DNA from: Scyliorhinus canicula
Taxonomy: Eukaryota
NCBI RefSeq assembly: GCF_902713615.1
Contig: NC_052155.1
Location: forward strand, 182,102,255 to 182,166,254
Direction: 5' to 3'
DNA: 64,000 bases
Within the stretch, counting starts at the first letter, position 1. Each line of letters begins with the position of its first letter. Position numbers and translations under genes: made by a program. Positions 50,056 to 62,852 of this stretch are shown piece by piece. Below the pieces are notes generated by a model, which saw only the letters and a list, made by a program, of their open reading frames with translations, was not told the DNA's origin and did not search any database.

Positions 50056-51072
50056 CCTTTAACAAGAGCAACATGAATACAAACATTTGGATATTTTTGA
50101 CAACGAGACACAGGATAAATCTGGAAAGGTGACCGAAATGATTGACCAAAGAGGTAGATTTTAAGAACTACCTTAAAAGGGGAGGGAGAATCTCTGAGCT
50201 TAACCAAGAGAGCTGGAAGTTGTAACAGTGGAATGATCGCTGTCAGACAAAGGTAGAGAGGGACCTTGGTTTCAACACCTCATTAGAAAGAATCTGGCTG
50301 TGCGACCACCCCTCAGGAGATTGGGCGGTCCAGATTTTTTGTGCTCAGTTTCTGGGGTGGGACTTGAACATGCAATAAGGCAAGTGCGCTACCAATGAGT
50401 TCAGACTGATACTTAAGAGTCCTTATTCACCAGAATTAGAGTGCTGGGGTTTTATGTTTTGGACAAGCATTAACTTTGAAGGGAGTTGACCGAGGTTACA
50501 CTCAAACCAAATGGATTAACGATTTGAGCTAGATAGATTAAGGAGGGTCAGGTGTCAATGTATATATTCTAGAAGGGCAAGGTTAGCATTAGGAGGTTCT
50601 TTTTGCGATAATTTATCTCCAGAATAAGCCCCGCATGTGTCATGAGTACAGATTTTCATTCAAAAGGGAGCTGGGTATGTTCCTGAGAGTGGCCAACAGA
50701 TTTATATTTGGAAGATAGGTGATCATTGGGGCTGCGTCATTCGGTAATTGTGGACATCCAGGAGCTTGCTTGATTGCCTTTGGGGTGGGTGGTCAGCGAG
50801 GAAGGGAGGAATTCTCCAGTTCCCCGCTGGCGAGATCTTTCAATCCCGCTGACGTTGAGTTCCCTGATGGAGACACGAAGGGGGGATGTAAATCGGCATC
50901 AACTTCAATGGGTCCAGAAGATCCCAATGGTGACCCATGGCGAGCCGCCTCAGCTGCAGGAAAATCCGCCGTTGTGGTGGTGGTGGGGCGGAGCGGGGGG
51001 GGGGGGGGGGGGGGGGTGGTCCAGTGCTGGAAACTTTAACCCAAACGTCCCGGAGGGCTCCCTTGAATTGAT

Positions 51073-52010
51073 TCATAGAATTTACAGTGCAGAAGGAGGC
51101 CATTCAGCCCATCGAGTCTGCACCGGCTCTTGGAAAGACCACCCTACCAAACCACACACCTCCACCCTATCCCCATAACCACGTAACTCCACCCAACACT
51201 AAGGGCAGTTTTGGACACTAAGGTCAATTTAGCGTGGCAAATCCACCTAACCTGCACATCTTTGGACTATGGGAGGAAACCGGAGCACCCAGAGGAAACC
51301 CACGCAGACACGGTACGAACGTGCAGACTCCGCACAGACAGTGGCCCAAGCCGGGAATTGAGCCTGGGACTCTGGAGCCGTAAAGCAACTGTGCTAACCA
51401 CTGTGCTACCGTGCTGCCCACTTTTAAAAACACTGCTGTGACTAGGGCAGCACGGTAGCATAGTGGATAGCACAATTGCTTCACAGCTCCAGGGTTCCAG
51501 GTTCGATTCCCGGCTTGGGTCACTGTCTGTGTGGAGTCTGCACATCCTCCCCGTGTATGTGTGGGTTTCTTCCGGGTGCTCCGGTTGTCTCCCACAGTCC
51601 AAAGATGTGCAGGTTAGGTAGATTGGCCATGCTAAATTGCCCTTAGTGTCCAAAATTGCCCTGAGTGTTGGGTGGGGTTACTGGGTTATGGGGATAGGGT
51701 GGAGGTGTTGACCTTGGGTAGGGTGCTCTTTCCAAGAGCCGGTGCAGACCCAATGGGCCGAATGGCCTCCTTCTGCACTGTAAATTCTATGAAAACCCCA
51801 TTCCTGGGCACTAAGGGGCAGTTTAGCATGGCCAATCCACCTAACCTGCACATCTTTGGACTGTAGGAGGAAACCGGAGCACCCGGAGGAAACCCACGCA
51901 GACACAGGGAGGACGTGCAAACTCCGTACAGACAGTGACCCAAGCCGGAAGCGAACCTGGGACCCTGGAGCTATGAAGCAATTGTGCTATCCACAATGCT
52001 ACCATGTTGC
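51073..52010. mobile_element. Cluster of three HE1 SINEs (-, +, -): 51073-51419, 51445-51792, 51806-52010
   Basis: Heads, cores and tails visible in alternating orientation. Confidence 0.9.
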
Positions 52011-52959
52011 AGGTTGTTGTGTGGTTGTCTGTACTCTCATGATGAACCCTGCTCTAAAATCAAAAGCAAACAAGCTTTGCTCCTTCCGGGGTGTTGATGG
52101 TGCAATTATGTGAATTAAAAACAAAAGCTTACACATTGCAACACAGAATTATCAAGAACCACCTTCATTTGTAGGGCAGCTAGGAAGAGAACTCGAGGTT
52201 TTGATCCTCTTAGTGGCTTCAGCGGACATAATTATCTTGTTCGGGTCGGAGTGATGGAGTGGCCGGGAGCCGGCAGTCATTTCTGCTATTCAAGGACCCT
52301 GCTGAAATCTGAAAGGAGAAAGCAGAGGATGGTTTCCTTCCTCCGCAGTCTGCTGAGGGTCAAAAGTGAAATGAATTTTGGCAGTTCAATTTACTTTCCA
52401 ATTGATATGAATCCATACCATGAACCTGTCTTTAATTTTGCCCTTAATCAGCGGTTCTGCCGCTGAGAGGGCGCAGGACTGAGATTGTGGAAAAATGAAA
52501 ATGTCATATTGGTGTAACGGTGGTGCTCTTCTGACGTGGGGGACCGAAGTGGACTGTCAGGGCAATGCAAGGAGACTATGACTGCAACCAAGCTCGACTT
52601 GATTAACCAGTGATTAGTGCTGTCATGGGTGGTGGGGGGGGGGGGGGGCTCCACTCTGTAACACTACCATCCATTACAGCAACTAGTTCGATGAAAATAA
52701 AAAATGAGTATTGCGTCCTGACTGTACAATAGGGAACATGTGTCACTCCAGCATAGGGACTAGTTGGACTTTTGGATACTGTGAGTAATCAACAGATACT
52801 ATCTGGGTTAAAACTATATTTCGGAATGCGGTATTACGAGTGTAGGCACTGATAACTGTTTTACATTGTAGTCTGTAGGGACTAACTGATCCAAAAAAGC
52901 ATTTAATCCTTTTCAAAATCTTCTTATCGTGTTTTAACATGATGAGTAATATATTACCT

Positions 52960-53230
52960 TTTGAGCATCCCCAATATCCAGGGCTGAATCACGGTGGCTG
53001 TGCCTTCAGCTGTCTGGGTGCTGAGCTCCGAATGTGTTCCCTAAACTTCACCATCTCTCCGCCTCTCTCTCCCTCTCCGCCTTTCAGATGCTCCTTGCAA
53101 TCTAACTCTTGGGTAAAGCTTTTGGTTACTTGTCCAAGCATCCCCTCGGTTCAATGCCCAATTCTGTTTGATAATTGTTCCTGTGGAATGTTTCACTACA
53201 TTAAAGGTGCTATATAAATGCAAGTGGTTG
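52960..53230 (+). mobile_element. L2-clade LINE 3' end
   Basis: GGCTGTGCCTTCAGC ... AAAGGTGCTATATAAATGCAAG. Confidence 0.65.
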
Positions 53231-53377
53231 GGCCGGGAGAGGGGGTAAAGCACTCCTTGTATGTTTGGGAAGAAGGGCTTGCGCGTTGAAAAGCTGTGAA
53301 GAGTTGGCAGCTTGCGCAGGGTTAATAGTAGGTTGTTCGCTGCTGTAACAGAGAGTAAAACACGAAAGACGGAGAAA

Positions 53378-53693
53378 GGGTGGCACGGTAGCACAGTGGT
53401 TAGCACTGTTGCTTCACAGCTCCAGGGTCCCAGGTTCAATTCCCGGCTTGGCTCACTGTCTGTGCGGAGTCTGCACGTTCTCCCCGTGTCTGCGTGGGTT
53501 TCCTCTGGGTGCTCCGGTTTTCTCCCACAAGTCCCGAAAGACGTGCTTGTCAGGTGAATTGGACAATCTGAATTCTCCCTCAGTGTACCTGAACAGGCGC
53601 CGGAGTGTGGCGACTCGGGGCTTTTCGCAGCAACTTCATTACAGTGTTAATGTAAGCCTACGTGTGACAATTATAAAGATTATTATTATTATT
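53378..53693 (+). mobile_element. V-SINE with alternative tail
   Basis: Full length; (ATT)n end. Confidence 0.9.
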
Positions 53694-55026
53694 AGAGGAA
53701 GATTATTTCTTCTGCTTCCTGGGATGCTGACCTACCCCAGTTGATCCCGTTCAGTTCCTTTATGATTTACATCAGCAGAAATGGAAATGGATATTGTTAC
53801 TTTAACACTTTCAGAGCTCACCCAGAAACCTCCACTGCGACGGACCACGAAAGAGAGGGAGCAACATGCGCACGATACAGAGAAGACGAAGGGGAGATAC
53901 GAGGCGGGGACTGGATTAGTTGAGAGTGTCGGGCGACCAGCAGTTGGATTCAAAGTCAAACTATCCTTTTTGCAGAAAATCAACCAAAGGTCAGCAACAG
54001 AACCCCAAGGTGACCTCATGTCAGAAACAAGCACGGGCCAATCATTCAGGAGGCACCCACGGCTGATACTTGCCCTCCTTGTCATCTTTAGATCTTTCTC
54101 AAAACGGCCAACAACTCTTTACCAAACTGCGTACCTTTCTAAATATTACACAGGTTGTGATTTATTGCTCAACGTCCTATGAAAATCCATTACGAATTAA
54201 ATCACGTCTGGGTTTAAATTGCTACTCTGTAATACGTATCATATCATCATGAATGACATTGAAGTTATATTCTACAGTAGTTGACTCTACCTGCTGATAA
54301 GGCACTTCTCAGGAACGATCAATACTTACTATTCATTTTTGAAATTATCTTCACATTGATCCATGAGTGGGTGCCAGCACTGCAGATGCACAGTGCCTTT
54401 AATACAATAATTATATCAAGGTTTACAGGCTCATCCACCCAGCCAATAGAAGCTGTCAGCAGGCAGGGACAGTGACAATCCCATAATCCATCAAACCTCT
54501 GCCCTTTGACCTATGGGCTATTGGGCTTTCAAGAGCTTTGCATAAAAGTTCCCTTTGAAGTCTGCTGTGTGCGGACTGTATGACTGCTCACGTATCCGCA
54601 ACCTGCCCATGTCTCAATCATGCTTTTTATGGCTTTTAAGAAAGATTCTCGCTGATTTTCTTTTTTTGTTGTTGTTTAACGAGCGTACTCCGTGTTCCAG
54701 ATCGAGTCATGAAGTCCCGAAGGTGAAAAATGTCGTTGGGTCATGAGGTGGCGATAGATTCTTCTACTCACATCGCTACTGCTGCACATTTGTGTATTTC
54801 TTAATGAAGCCACACATCAACTTTTTATGATCCGAGTAATTTGGTTTAAAGTCAGGCTTTATAAAAAAAAACTACGTGACAGCGAGTATCTTTGTAAACG
54901 ACAGTAACTAGGGTTTCTTTGATTTGTTTTCAGAGCGACAGGGATATTTCAGAACAACCCATTGTTTCTCAAGCTGAACAAAAATGTTCCAGTTAGTATT
55001 ATTTTAGAGAACAGCAATATCTGTAA

Positions 55027-55155
55027 CAACAGGGAAAATGCTGGAAAATCTCAGCAAGTCTGGCAGCATCTGTACAGATGCTGCCAGACTTGCTGAGATT
55101 TTCCAGCATTTTCCCTTTCGTTTCAGATTCCAGCATCCGCAGTAATTTTCTTTTA
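55027..55155. mobile_element. Penelope-type insertion containing a perfect 86-bp palindrome
   Basis: Palindrome 55031-55116; 14-bp direct repeat AGCAATATCTGTAA at 55013-55026 and 55156-55169. Confidence 0.8.
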
Positions 55156-57317
55156 AGCAATATCTGTAATCTGGGAAAGCATTTACTTTGGGGAATGTAA
55201 TGCCCTTGGTCGTGGTGGTGATGGAGTTGGGGGGAGGGCATGTAATCGGGCAGGAGAATGACAGATGGCAACCAATGCCTTCCCAAATCTGCACTGGTTA
55301 AATCCATGAGAGGAAGCCCCATGGATGACCTTCCTATCCCACTGCCAATTTATGCCCTTGAGTCAGCAATGAATGCCCACTTAAGGGCATCACCCTGCCA
55401 CTGCTGGTATTAGCCAAGAAGCTGATGGGAGCATCACCACGTGGGAGCATCTCTGCAGGGTGTTTGCAGGATCCCCAAAGGTGGGGTGGGGAGAGGTCCC
55501 TAATCCAAATTCATTCCGTACCGGATCAAGGGACTCAGCCGGATGTGCAGGGCTTGCTGAGAGCTACCCATCTGCCCTTGCTGGCAACACCCACCACCCT
55601 TCTTCCCCATTACCTCCTCACCCTCCTTCCAACGCCCCCCCCCCACCCACCCACCCACCCCTCCCCCATCACATCCCCACCGCCCGACCCATCACCACTC
55701 TCCTGAGGCATAAAATTCAGCAATGGTACTAGGCCTTGGATGAATGTGTCACCAGCCACAGCCACTGCCTCCCTGGTGGAGCTGCCTTTCAGTAAGCATG
55801 CCATCCTCTGATTGGCCAGCACCTCTGGCCAGGTGGAACTTCTGCTCCTGGGATTCTTGATCCCAAGGAAGGCCCCCCACTGTCCAGCTCAGTGCCTGAG
55901 TGGCACTTATATGGGCCTTCCATAAACGAGGCCACGGGGGACTCTTGCCTGCTCTCCAACCAAAGGGCTAGACCCCCGTTGCTTCCATTAAATACCATGC
56001 AATGTATCGCCGTGATATATTCTGAACCAGCTTATTGTATCTTTTCTCTTTTAATCCCCCCACGCTTCCAACCTCCTTTCTTGAAGGTTCTGTCCAGTTC
56101 TAGGACAGTAACAGTCACCTTTGGGTGCGCCTGGACTGTTGGTCCCCAAACCCTCAGTCGTGACCCCAATGGGCGTTGCAGGAACAACGAATGGCGGGTT
56201 GAACTCCTTTCCACATGAGACTGTTTTGCACACCGGCACTGAGTGGTGCCCAACCCTTTACTGATGATCTCTTGGTCTCTTTCTCCCTCATTGGGCTTCA
56301 GCAGCACCCGAGGTGCGTCACTGATTCTCCAAACCCAGCCCTGACCGTGAATCCAGTGGGGGTGCCGACACTCCTGAGTCGCAGCTGTCTGAGTTCAAGC
56401 CTGTCACCATGACACTACGAGATGGTATAGGCCCATCATCAACCACTTCAAGATCCTCAAACAGTGCTTTTGCTTCTTCCTGGCCAGTCAATGATATTGG
56501 AGCAGCTCAGATGAAGTAATGCACTTGGTGACTATACACAAAAATCATATTTACGAAACACTTTGAAAGCACAGATTTTCATTTTATGTTGGCCGGTTTC
56601 TCCGCTCTCCCACCAGCAGAGAATCGTCACTTGCCTCCACTGCAGCTATGCAAGTCTCTTCTCTTTACCATGCTCACTTATGCATGGCGGAGGAATCACC
56701 AGATTCCATCACAATCCTGGTGTCGGGCCGCAATTTTGAGCATGTAGCCCGAGACTGAGGTTCCCTCACCCCACAATGCAAATCCTGCCCACCCCGCTGG
56801 CAAGTAGGGGCATCCTCCTCCCCCCTCACCATAGGAATAATGGTTTACCCTCCAACAGCCCATACACATGAGGAACTAAGTGCTTTCACTTCTTTTTCTG
56901 GAGCAGAAAGTATTTAATTCCTTTTGGATGTGTTGAGGAGCTGTCAAGCATAGCAAAAGTTTTCATAAACATTGTGGTCAGCATCAAAGCAAGGTAACTG
57001 AGATGCATTCAAGCACAAAGGGAAATATAAATAAATGATCCACCAAGCACCTGTCTTTGGAGTAATACAACTGTCAATCACTGGTTAATGCAATGTATTG
57101 CTGTGTGAAAGTGAATGGTAGTTTTGCATTTCAAAGGCTGTCAGGGGTTTGAAGCCCTTTGAAGTATATTTGGCTTTCGAGGAAGACATTGGCACTTGTA
57201 ACAGCGCTGCTTTAAACATTTCTGTCTGAGGCAGTTGCTGTTAGGGAAGGGTGAGTGAACATGTAGTGATCTTCCACTGTACCGCTTGGACTGTTTCTCA
57301 GCTTTTAGGTATGTCTA

Positions 57318-57642
57318 AGAACATAGAACATAGAACATACAGTGCAGAAGGAGGCCATTCGGCCCATCAAGTCTGCACCAACCCACTTAAGCCCTCACTT
57401 CCACCCTATCCCCATAACCCAATAACCCCTCCTAACCTTTTTTTTTGGACACTAAGGGCAATTTAGCACGGCCAATCCACCTAACCTGCACGTCTTTGGA
57501 CTGTGGGAGGAAATCGGAGCACCTGGAGGAAACCCACGCAGACACCGGGAGAACATTCAGACAGTGACCGAGTGGGGAATCGAACCTGGGACCCTGGCGC
57601 TGTGAAGCCACAGTGCTAGCCACTTCTGCTACCATGCTGCCC
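57318..57642 (-). mobile_element. HE1 SINE
   Basis: Full length. Confidence 0.9.
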
Positions 57643-57644
57643 CG

Positions 57645-58423
57645 CAGGTGTCCCTGATGGGGGTTCAGATAAGGGGGGTCTCTGATGGTGGATTCTCTTA
57701 TGTGGGCCTTTAATGGGTTCTCTATTGGTGATCTCTGATGTGGGGGTATGATGGGGTCTGATGGAGGTCTCTGATGGGCGTCTCGGGTGGAGGTGTCTGA
57801 TGGGGTTTCTAATGGGGGTCCGATGCAGGGTCTGATGGGAGGATCAGATGGGGTGCCTGATAGGGACTGGGGGTCAGTGGGGGGGGGATTTGGTGGGAGA
57901 GGTTTGGGTCACCCTCATGCATGTGTGCTGTGGGGATGTGTCCCATTAATCCCATAGTGGGGGGGGGGGGGTGGGGAGGGGCGGGGACGATGCCCTTAAT
58001 TGTCAATGGGGGGATGGGGGGCACGATTTACATTGTGGTGGGGGGGAGAGTCTTTCCAATGGACTTTGCGTGGCATCTCAGTTATGCGCTGACCTCCTTG
58101 ACCCACCTCAGGGTCCGTCGCATCAGAGGCAAGGGTGAAAACGTGCACCAAAGCCCGCCTGGGGGATTTCCAGCTGTGGGGGCTGGTGCATAATGAGGGG
58201 CGGGGGTGGAATGGGGTGGGGGGGGGGGTAGAATCAGGGCTTCCAGCCCGGTAATCAAATGGAAGCCAATCAGTGATTTGCATCCTCCTATCGGGGCGGA
58301 TAGTGAACTAAGGCTGGAGATCGGAGCATCGTGACCTGGTTGCTACCGTTTTTCCCTCAACGCTCCATTCTCAGCCTGATCGGGAATCCTGATATGAGCA
58401 GCATTGATTGGAGAATCTCAGCC
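57645..58423. mobile_element. Decayed Harbinger-like element with (GATGGGGTCT)-type low-complexity repeat
   Basis: Ends in GGAGAATCTCAGCC, a TIR-like motif. Confidence 0.45.
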
Positions 58424-58833
58424 ATTATTTATTATCTGTTGATGAGTAACGCACAATCTTTAAGAACTATTATAAGTTATATGTTTTACTGTTGTAGTTC
58501 TAGCATCCGACCAGCAGGTGGGATGAGTACAGAGTCCCAGAATCCGGATGCACTATGTGTTCCTTCAGAAGGTGTTTTTAAGGAGTTGAGAGTGTCGCAT
58601 ATTAGAGCAGCTCTGTTGTATCTTAGTGTAAGTTAGTGATAGACATTTATTTCCAACTGTATTGATCTTAGACATTTTAGTTATTTGTTAGTGCAGTGTT
58701 AGTAATAAATAACTTTGTTTGCAAAACAAAGTCTAGTGTTTTTTGTTCACACGGCAATATCGAGATTCCACACCAGCCCAATCGAAGAATATTACAGGCG
58801 TCTGGGGTCTCATTCATTTGCAAGTGAATGAGA

Positions 58834-59166
58834 AGCACGGTAGCACAGTGATTAGCACACTTGCTTCACAGCTCCAAGGTCCCAGGTTCGATTCCCTGCT
58901 TGGGTCACTGTCTGTGCGGAGTCTGCACGTTCTCCCGTTGTCTGTGTGGGTTTCCTCCGGGTGCTCCGGTTTCCTCCCACAGTCCAAAGATGTACAAGTT
59001 AGGTGGACTGGCCATGATAAATTGCCCTTAATGTCCAAAAAGATGGGACGGGGTTGCTGGGTTACGGGGTTAGGGTGGAGGTGTGGGCTTGGGTAGGGTG
59101 CTCTTTCCAAGGGCCGGTGCAGACTCGATGGGTTAAGCTGTAAATTCTATGATTCTATGATTCTAT
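58834..59166 (+). mobile_element. HE1 SINE
   Basis: Head, core and (ATTCTATG)n end. Confidence 0.88.
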
Positions 59167-60834
59167 AAGTGCTGAAATGGAGTCAGAGGTTAAAATAGTT
59201 TGGGGGGCACTGGCCTACACAATGAACGTTGTCAGAGCATACCCTGACAATTCTCCGTCGTAAAAAACGTCACAGGACAATAATGCAGCTTTACCTTCTC
59301 CATGTTCCTATCCTCTGGCATTGGGACTAACCAATGAGCTTGCTGAGTTTGGTTGTGGAAAAGTGGAAGATTCTTCCAGTGGAGAATCTGAGAAGAATTG
59401 CAACTTCAAGAATCTTTATTAATGCACTGATCCCAAAATCCTTGACATTTTGATTTTGAGGTGGAACCTGGTTTATACCCAGTTTGATTTTACTGGGATT
59501 TCCTCAGCCAATTGGAGTCTGGCGATTGTGGTATTTTATATTTGAATGAAAAAATTAAAGTACTAATGGAATTTTACTTTTGCGTGAAGGTTGGTACCTC
59601 TGTTGTTTTTAGTGCGAGTGCGAAGTTTGACATGTATTGGGTGAAGAGGCAGATTGAGAAGGAACTCTGAAGCGATAGGTGGGTGCGAAACATTAGGCGA
59701 GGAACGAATTGGGCTCTGATCAGTTTTCTAGGAATAAAGGGAAATAATGGCTATGAGTGGGTAGCTTGAGAATGGATGTTTTAAAAAAAATCTTTTTTGG
59801 GGAAATATTGTGTTATTCTGTAAGGAAATGAAAAAATATACTTGTAAGGAGAGATGGCAAGCTGATTTGTTGTTGGTTGTGTGGGGAAGACCTTCTGGAA
59901 ATAACTCTGGGCAGGGAATAAATGAAGTTTGAGTCAGCCATCCAGTCAACCCAGGAAAAGTATTGGGCTGAAAAAAGCAGACTAGTTCCAAATTTGTTTT
60001 TGAATTTCCACAGCAGAGTGGAAGGGAGTTTGAGAGGTTTTGTTTTATACCTTTATTAAAACAGCAGCAGTTTTGCCTTGGGCAATATTACTGGATTTTT
60101 ATAGTTTAGCATTTATGAGGGAGTGTTGCCTGGAAGGTGTTTACTTGTGGGTCGGGCCAAGTTTTGTAAGACTATTTCTAACCGTGTACCTGATAATCTT
60201 GTGTTCTTAAGTTTTCTTCTCTCCTTGCTAAAACATCTTTTAATTTTTAAAATCCCAAAAGCGTTACTGAACACTTTGCTGCCAAGATCAATAGGGATGC
60301 TTCTTGTTTTCAGAATACAAAAAATGGGTATGGCCCATGAGCCACGGTTCCCTCTGGGATTTTATTTGTTCAGCTATTAGCTTCTGTTGTGGTCATAGCT
60401 GTAGTACGAGTTGAGTGATAGGAAAATGCTAAAAAAAAACCCAGAAGACGTTTTAAGAGAATGCTGATCGATGCTGATCATAGAGGATATTTACATCTGA
60501 TTAGGGGTAAGGGTAACACTGTTATGATAAAGAGAACATTGAAGAAACATGTAGTGAAGAAAGAGAAAAACAATAGAAACAAGCAATGGAACAGAAGGAA
60601 ACATTCAGCCCCTCAAATCTGTTCTGCCACTCAATCCAGCTCACCTGTATGGTAACTCATCTACCCACCCTGGTTCCCTGCCCCTTTATACTCCTGCCCA
60701 ACAAAAGTTTTCCCAGTTTTCCATCTTTATTGAGGGAGAAAGTTCCAGATTTTCTTTGAGCAGTGAAGTGATTCTTGACATCACCCCTGAATGATCTAGC
60801 CTTTTCAGGTTATCTCCACTTGTTCTGGAATCTT

Positions 60835-61560
60835 TTATTTATTCATTCAACAGATGCGGGCAGTGCTGGCTAGGCCAGCATTTATTGTCATCCTCGATCG
60901 CCCTGGAGAAAGTTGTGGTGAGCTGCCTTCTTGAACCGCTACAGTCCATTTAGTGGTGTCATGGAGGAAGTTCCAGGATTTTGACCCATTGACAATGAAG
61001 AACTGGCTATATTGGTACAAGTAAGGATGGTATGTGTCTTGGAGGAGAACTTGAAGGTGGGGATGTTATCATGCACCTTCTACTTGTAATACTCAGTAGT
61101 AGAGGTATGGAAGATGCTGGCGAAGGAACCTCGGTGAGTTGCATCTTGTAGATGGTACACACTGCTGCCACTGTGTTGGTGGTGGAGGGAGTGGATGTTT
61201 AATGTGATGGATGGGGTGCCAATCAAGGGGCCTAATTTGTAGTATCAAGCTTCTTGAGTGTTGTTGACCTGCACTCATCTAGGCAAGTGGAAATTATTCC
61301 TTCACACTCTTGACTTGTGCTTCCAGATGGTGGGCAGGCTTTGGGGAGTAAGGAGGTGCGTGATTCTCTGCAGAATTCTCAATCTTTAACCTGGTCTTGT
61401 TGGCGTATGGCTGATTGAGTTCTGTTTCTGGCCTGTGGCAACCCTCAGGATATTGATCGCGGGGGATTCCACAATGGTAATTCCATGTCAAAGGGATGTG
61501 GTTAGATTTTCTCTTACAGGCGATGGCCATTGCCTGGCACTTGCTTGATGCAAATGTTCC
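60835..61560 (-). mobile_element. CR1-group LINE 3' fragment
   Basis: Reverse complement of the 48640-49495 family. Confidence 0.75.
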
Positions 61561-61666
61561 TCAAACACCAGGGGGAAGAGTTTCTGCCCTATCAACTCCT
61601 TTAATCATTTTGAACACCTTAATTTGATCATCCTTAACCTTTTATGCTCAAGTGAACACAAACCTA

Positions 61667-62355
61667 GAGCAAAATTCTCCTCCTGGCAACACACATTGCG
61701 CGAACCGCAATCGGGCAGAGAATCAGGCGTCGGTCCAAACTCCTGGTCTGCGCTCGGTGCCGATTCGGGAGCCATGCTCCAGTCCCAACCTGGTGGTGAT
61801 AATAAGGTTTGCACCACGTACTGGTGGGGGCATGTAAAACACACATTTGCATGCATTCAAATGTATTCAGTGCGTTTGACCCACCGTGCACTGGTCCTCC
61901 ACGATGCATATCTCTGTAAGGGGGAGGTCAAATGGGCGCGATGTACGACAGGTATTTACCGGTGGGGACTGGGAGCCATGGCTGCTGAGGGGGAGAGAGA
62001 AGGTAAGCAAAGTTTGAAAAACTGTTCAACATTATAGTGCTTGCTGGAGGGGTTGGTTGCCAGGTCTGGGGGTGTTGGGGGGGGGGGGGGGGGGGGGGGG
62101 TAGCGGGGAACGACCTGGTGACAGCCCCATGGATTCGGGGTGTCCTGATCGGGATTGGGGTTGCATGGTTCAGACCGCCATTTTAAATGCACCCATTTGG
62201 CAATCAGCGCTGTGATGGATGCTCTTTGCACCTGGATTGTGGACCACATGAATTTCAGTCTGGACCAGGCACGCTGGGGTGCCTGGGCAGCAGGATTTGC
62301 CACCATCGCTGGCTTGCCCCAGTTTCAGGGGGTGATTGATAGCACGCAGCACCGG
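61667..62355 (+). mobile_element. PIF/Harbinger element remnant with transposase fragment
   Basis: GAGCAAAATTCTCC TIR-like start; ISAVMDAL ... GFATIAGLPQFQGVIDST resembles the Harbinger/HARBI1 first-Asp motif (AGFPxVxGAIDGTH). Confidence 0.75.
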
Positions 62356-62852
62356 CTCGAAAACGTATGGATTAAAGGAAAAATAGTCATTCCACTAAAG
62401 CGACAGAAACTGGGAGAAGAGCAAAATGGACCTTGAGTTAAAAATCTCACACAGAGCAGCAATAAAGACAAATTGTACAACTACGATTGAAAGAAATCTA
62501 AAAACAGGCATTAAAAGGGAACAGCAGAATGATACTCACAAGCAGCAATACGAGGAAAAACATCAGAAAATAAAATCGCCAGATGTGGATATATAAAATA
62601 AAACATGCGAATACCAGGAAAAAGATTCCAAACAAACTCAAAAGGCCAAGAATGGAACTTCGAAAATAATATAAATATACCAGATAGTAAATGAGCTGTT
62701 GCGGTGAGGTGTGCGATACGCTCACCATTCAACATCGTTTCCTGGCACTAGCGTCCCAAAGCAATCTTCTACTCTGATCGTGGTCGCAGCAGGAGACTCC
62801 CAGGGCGAACTCCCAGGGCGAGATGTTTGCAGAAACATTTTAGGGACGTCAT

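Noticed and set aside
59330-60340. Possible long solo LTR (also 6100-6450, 8100-8430, 58480-58797)
   Set aside because: The composition is LTR-like, but I could not fix termini or TSDs.
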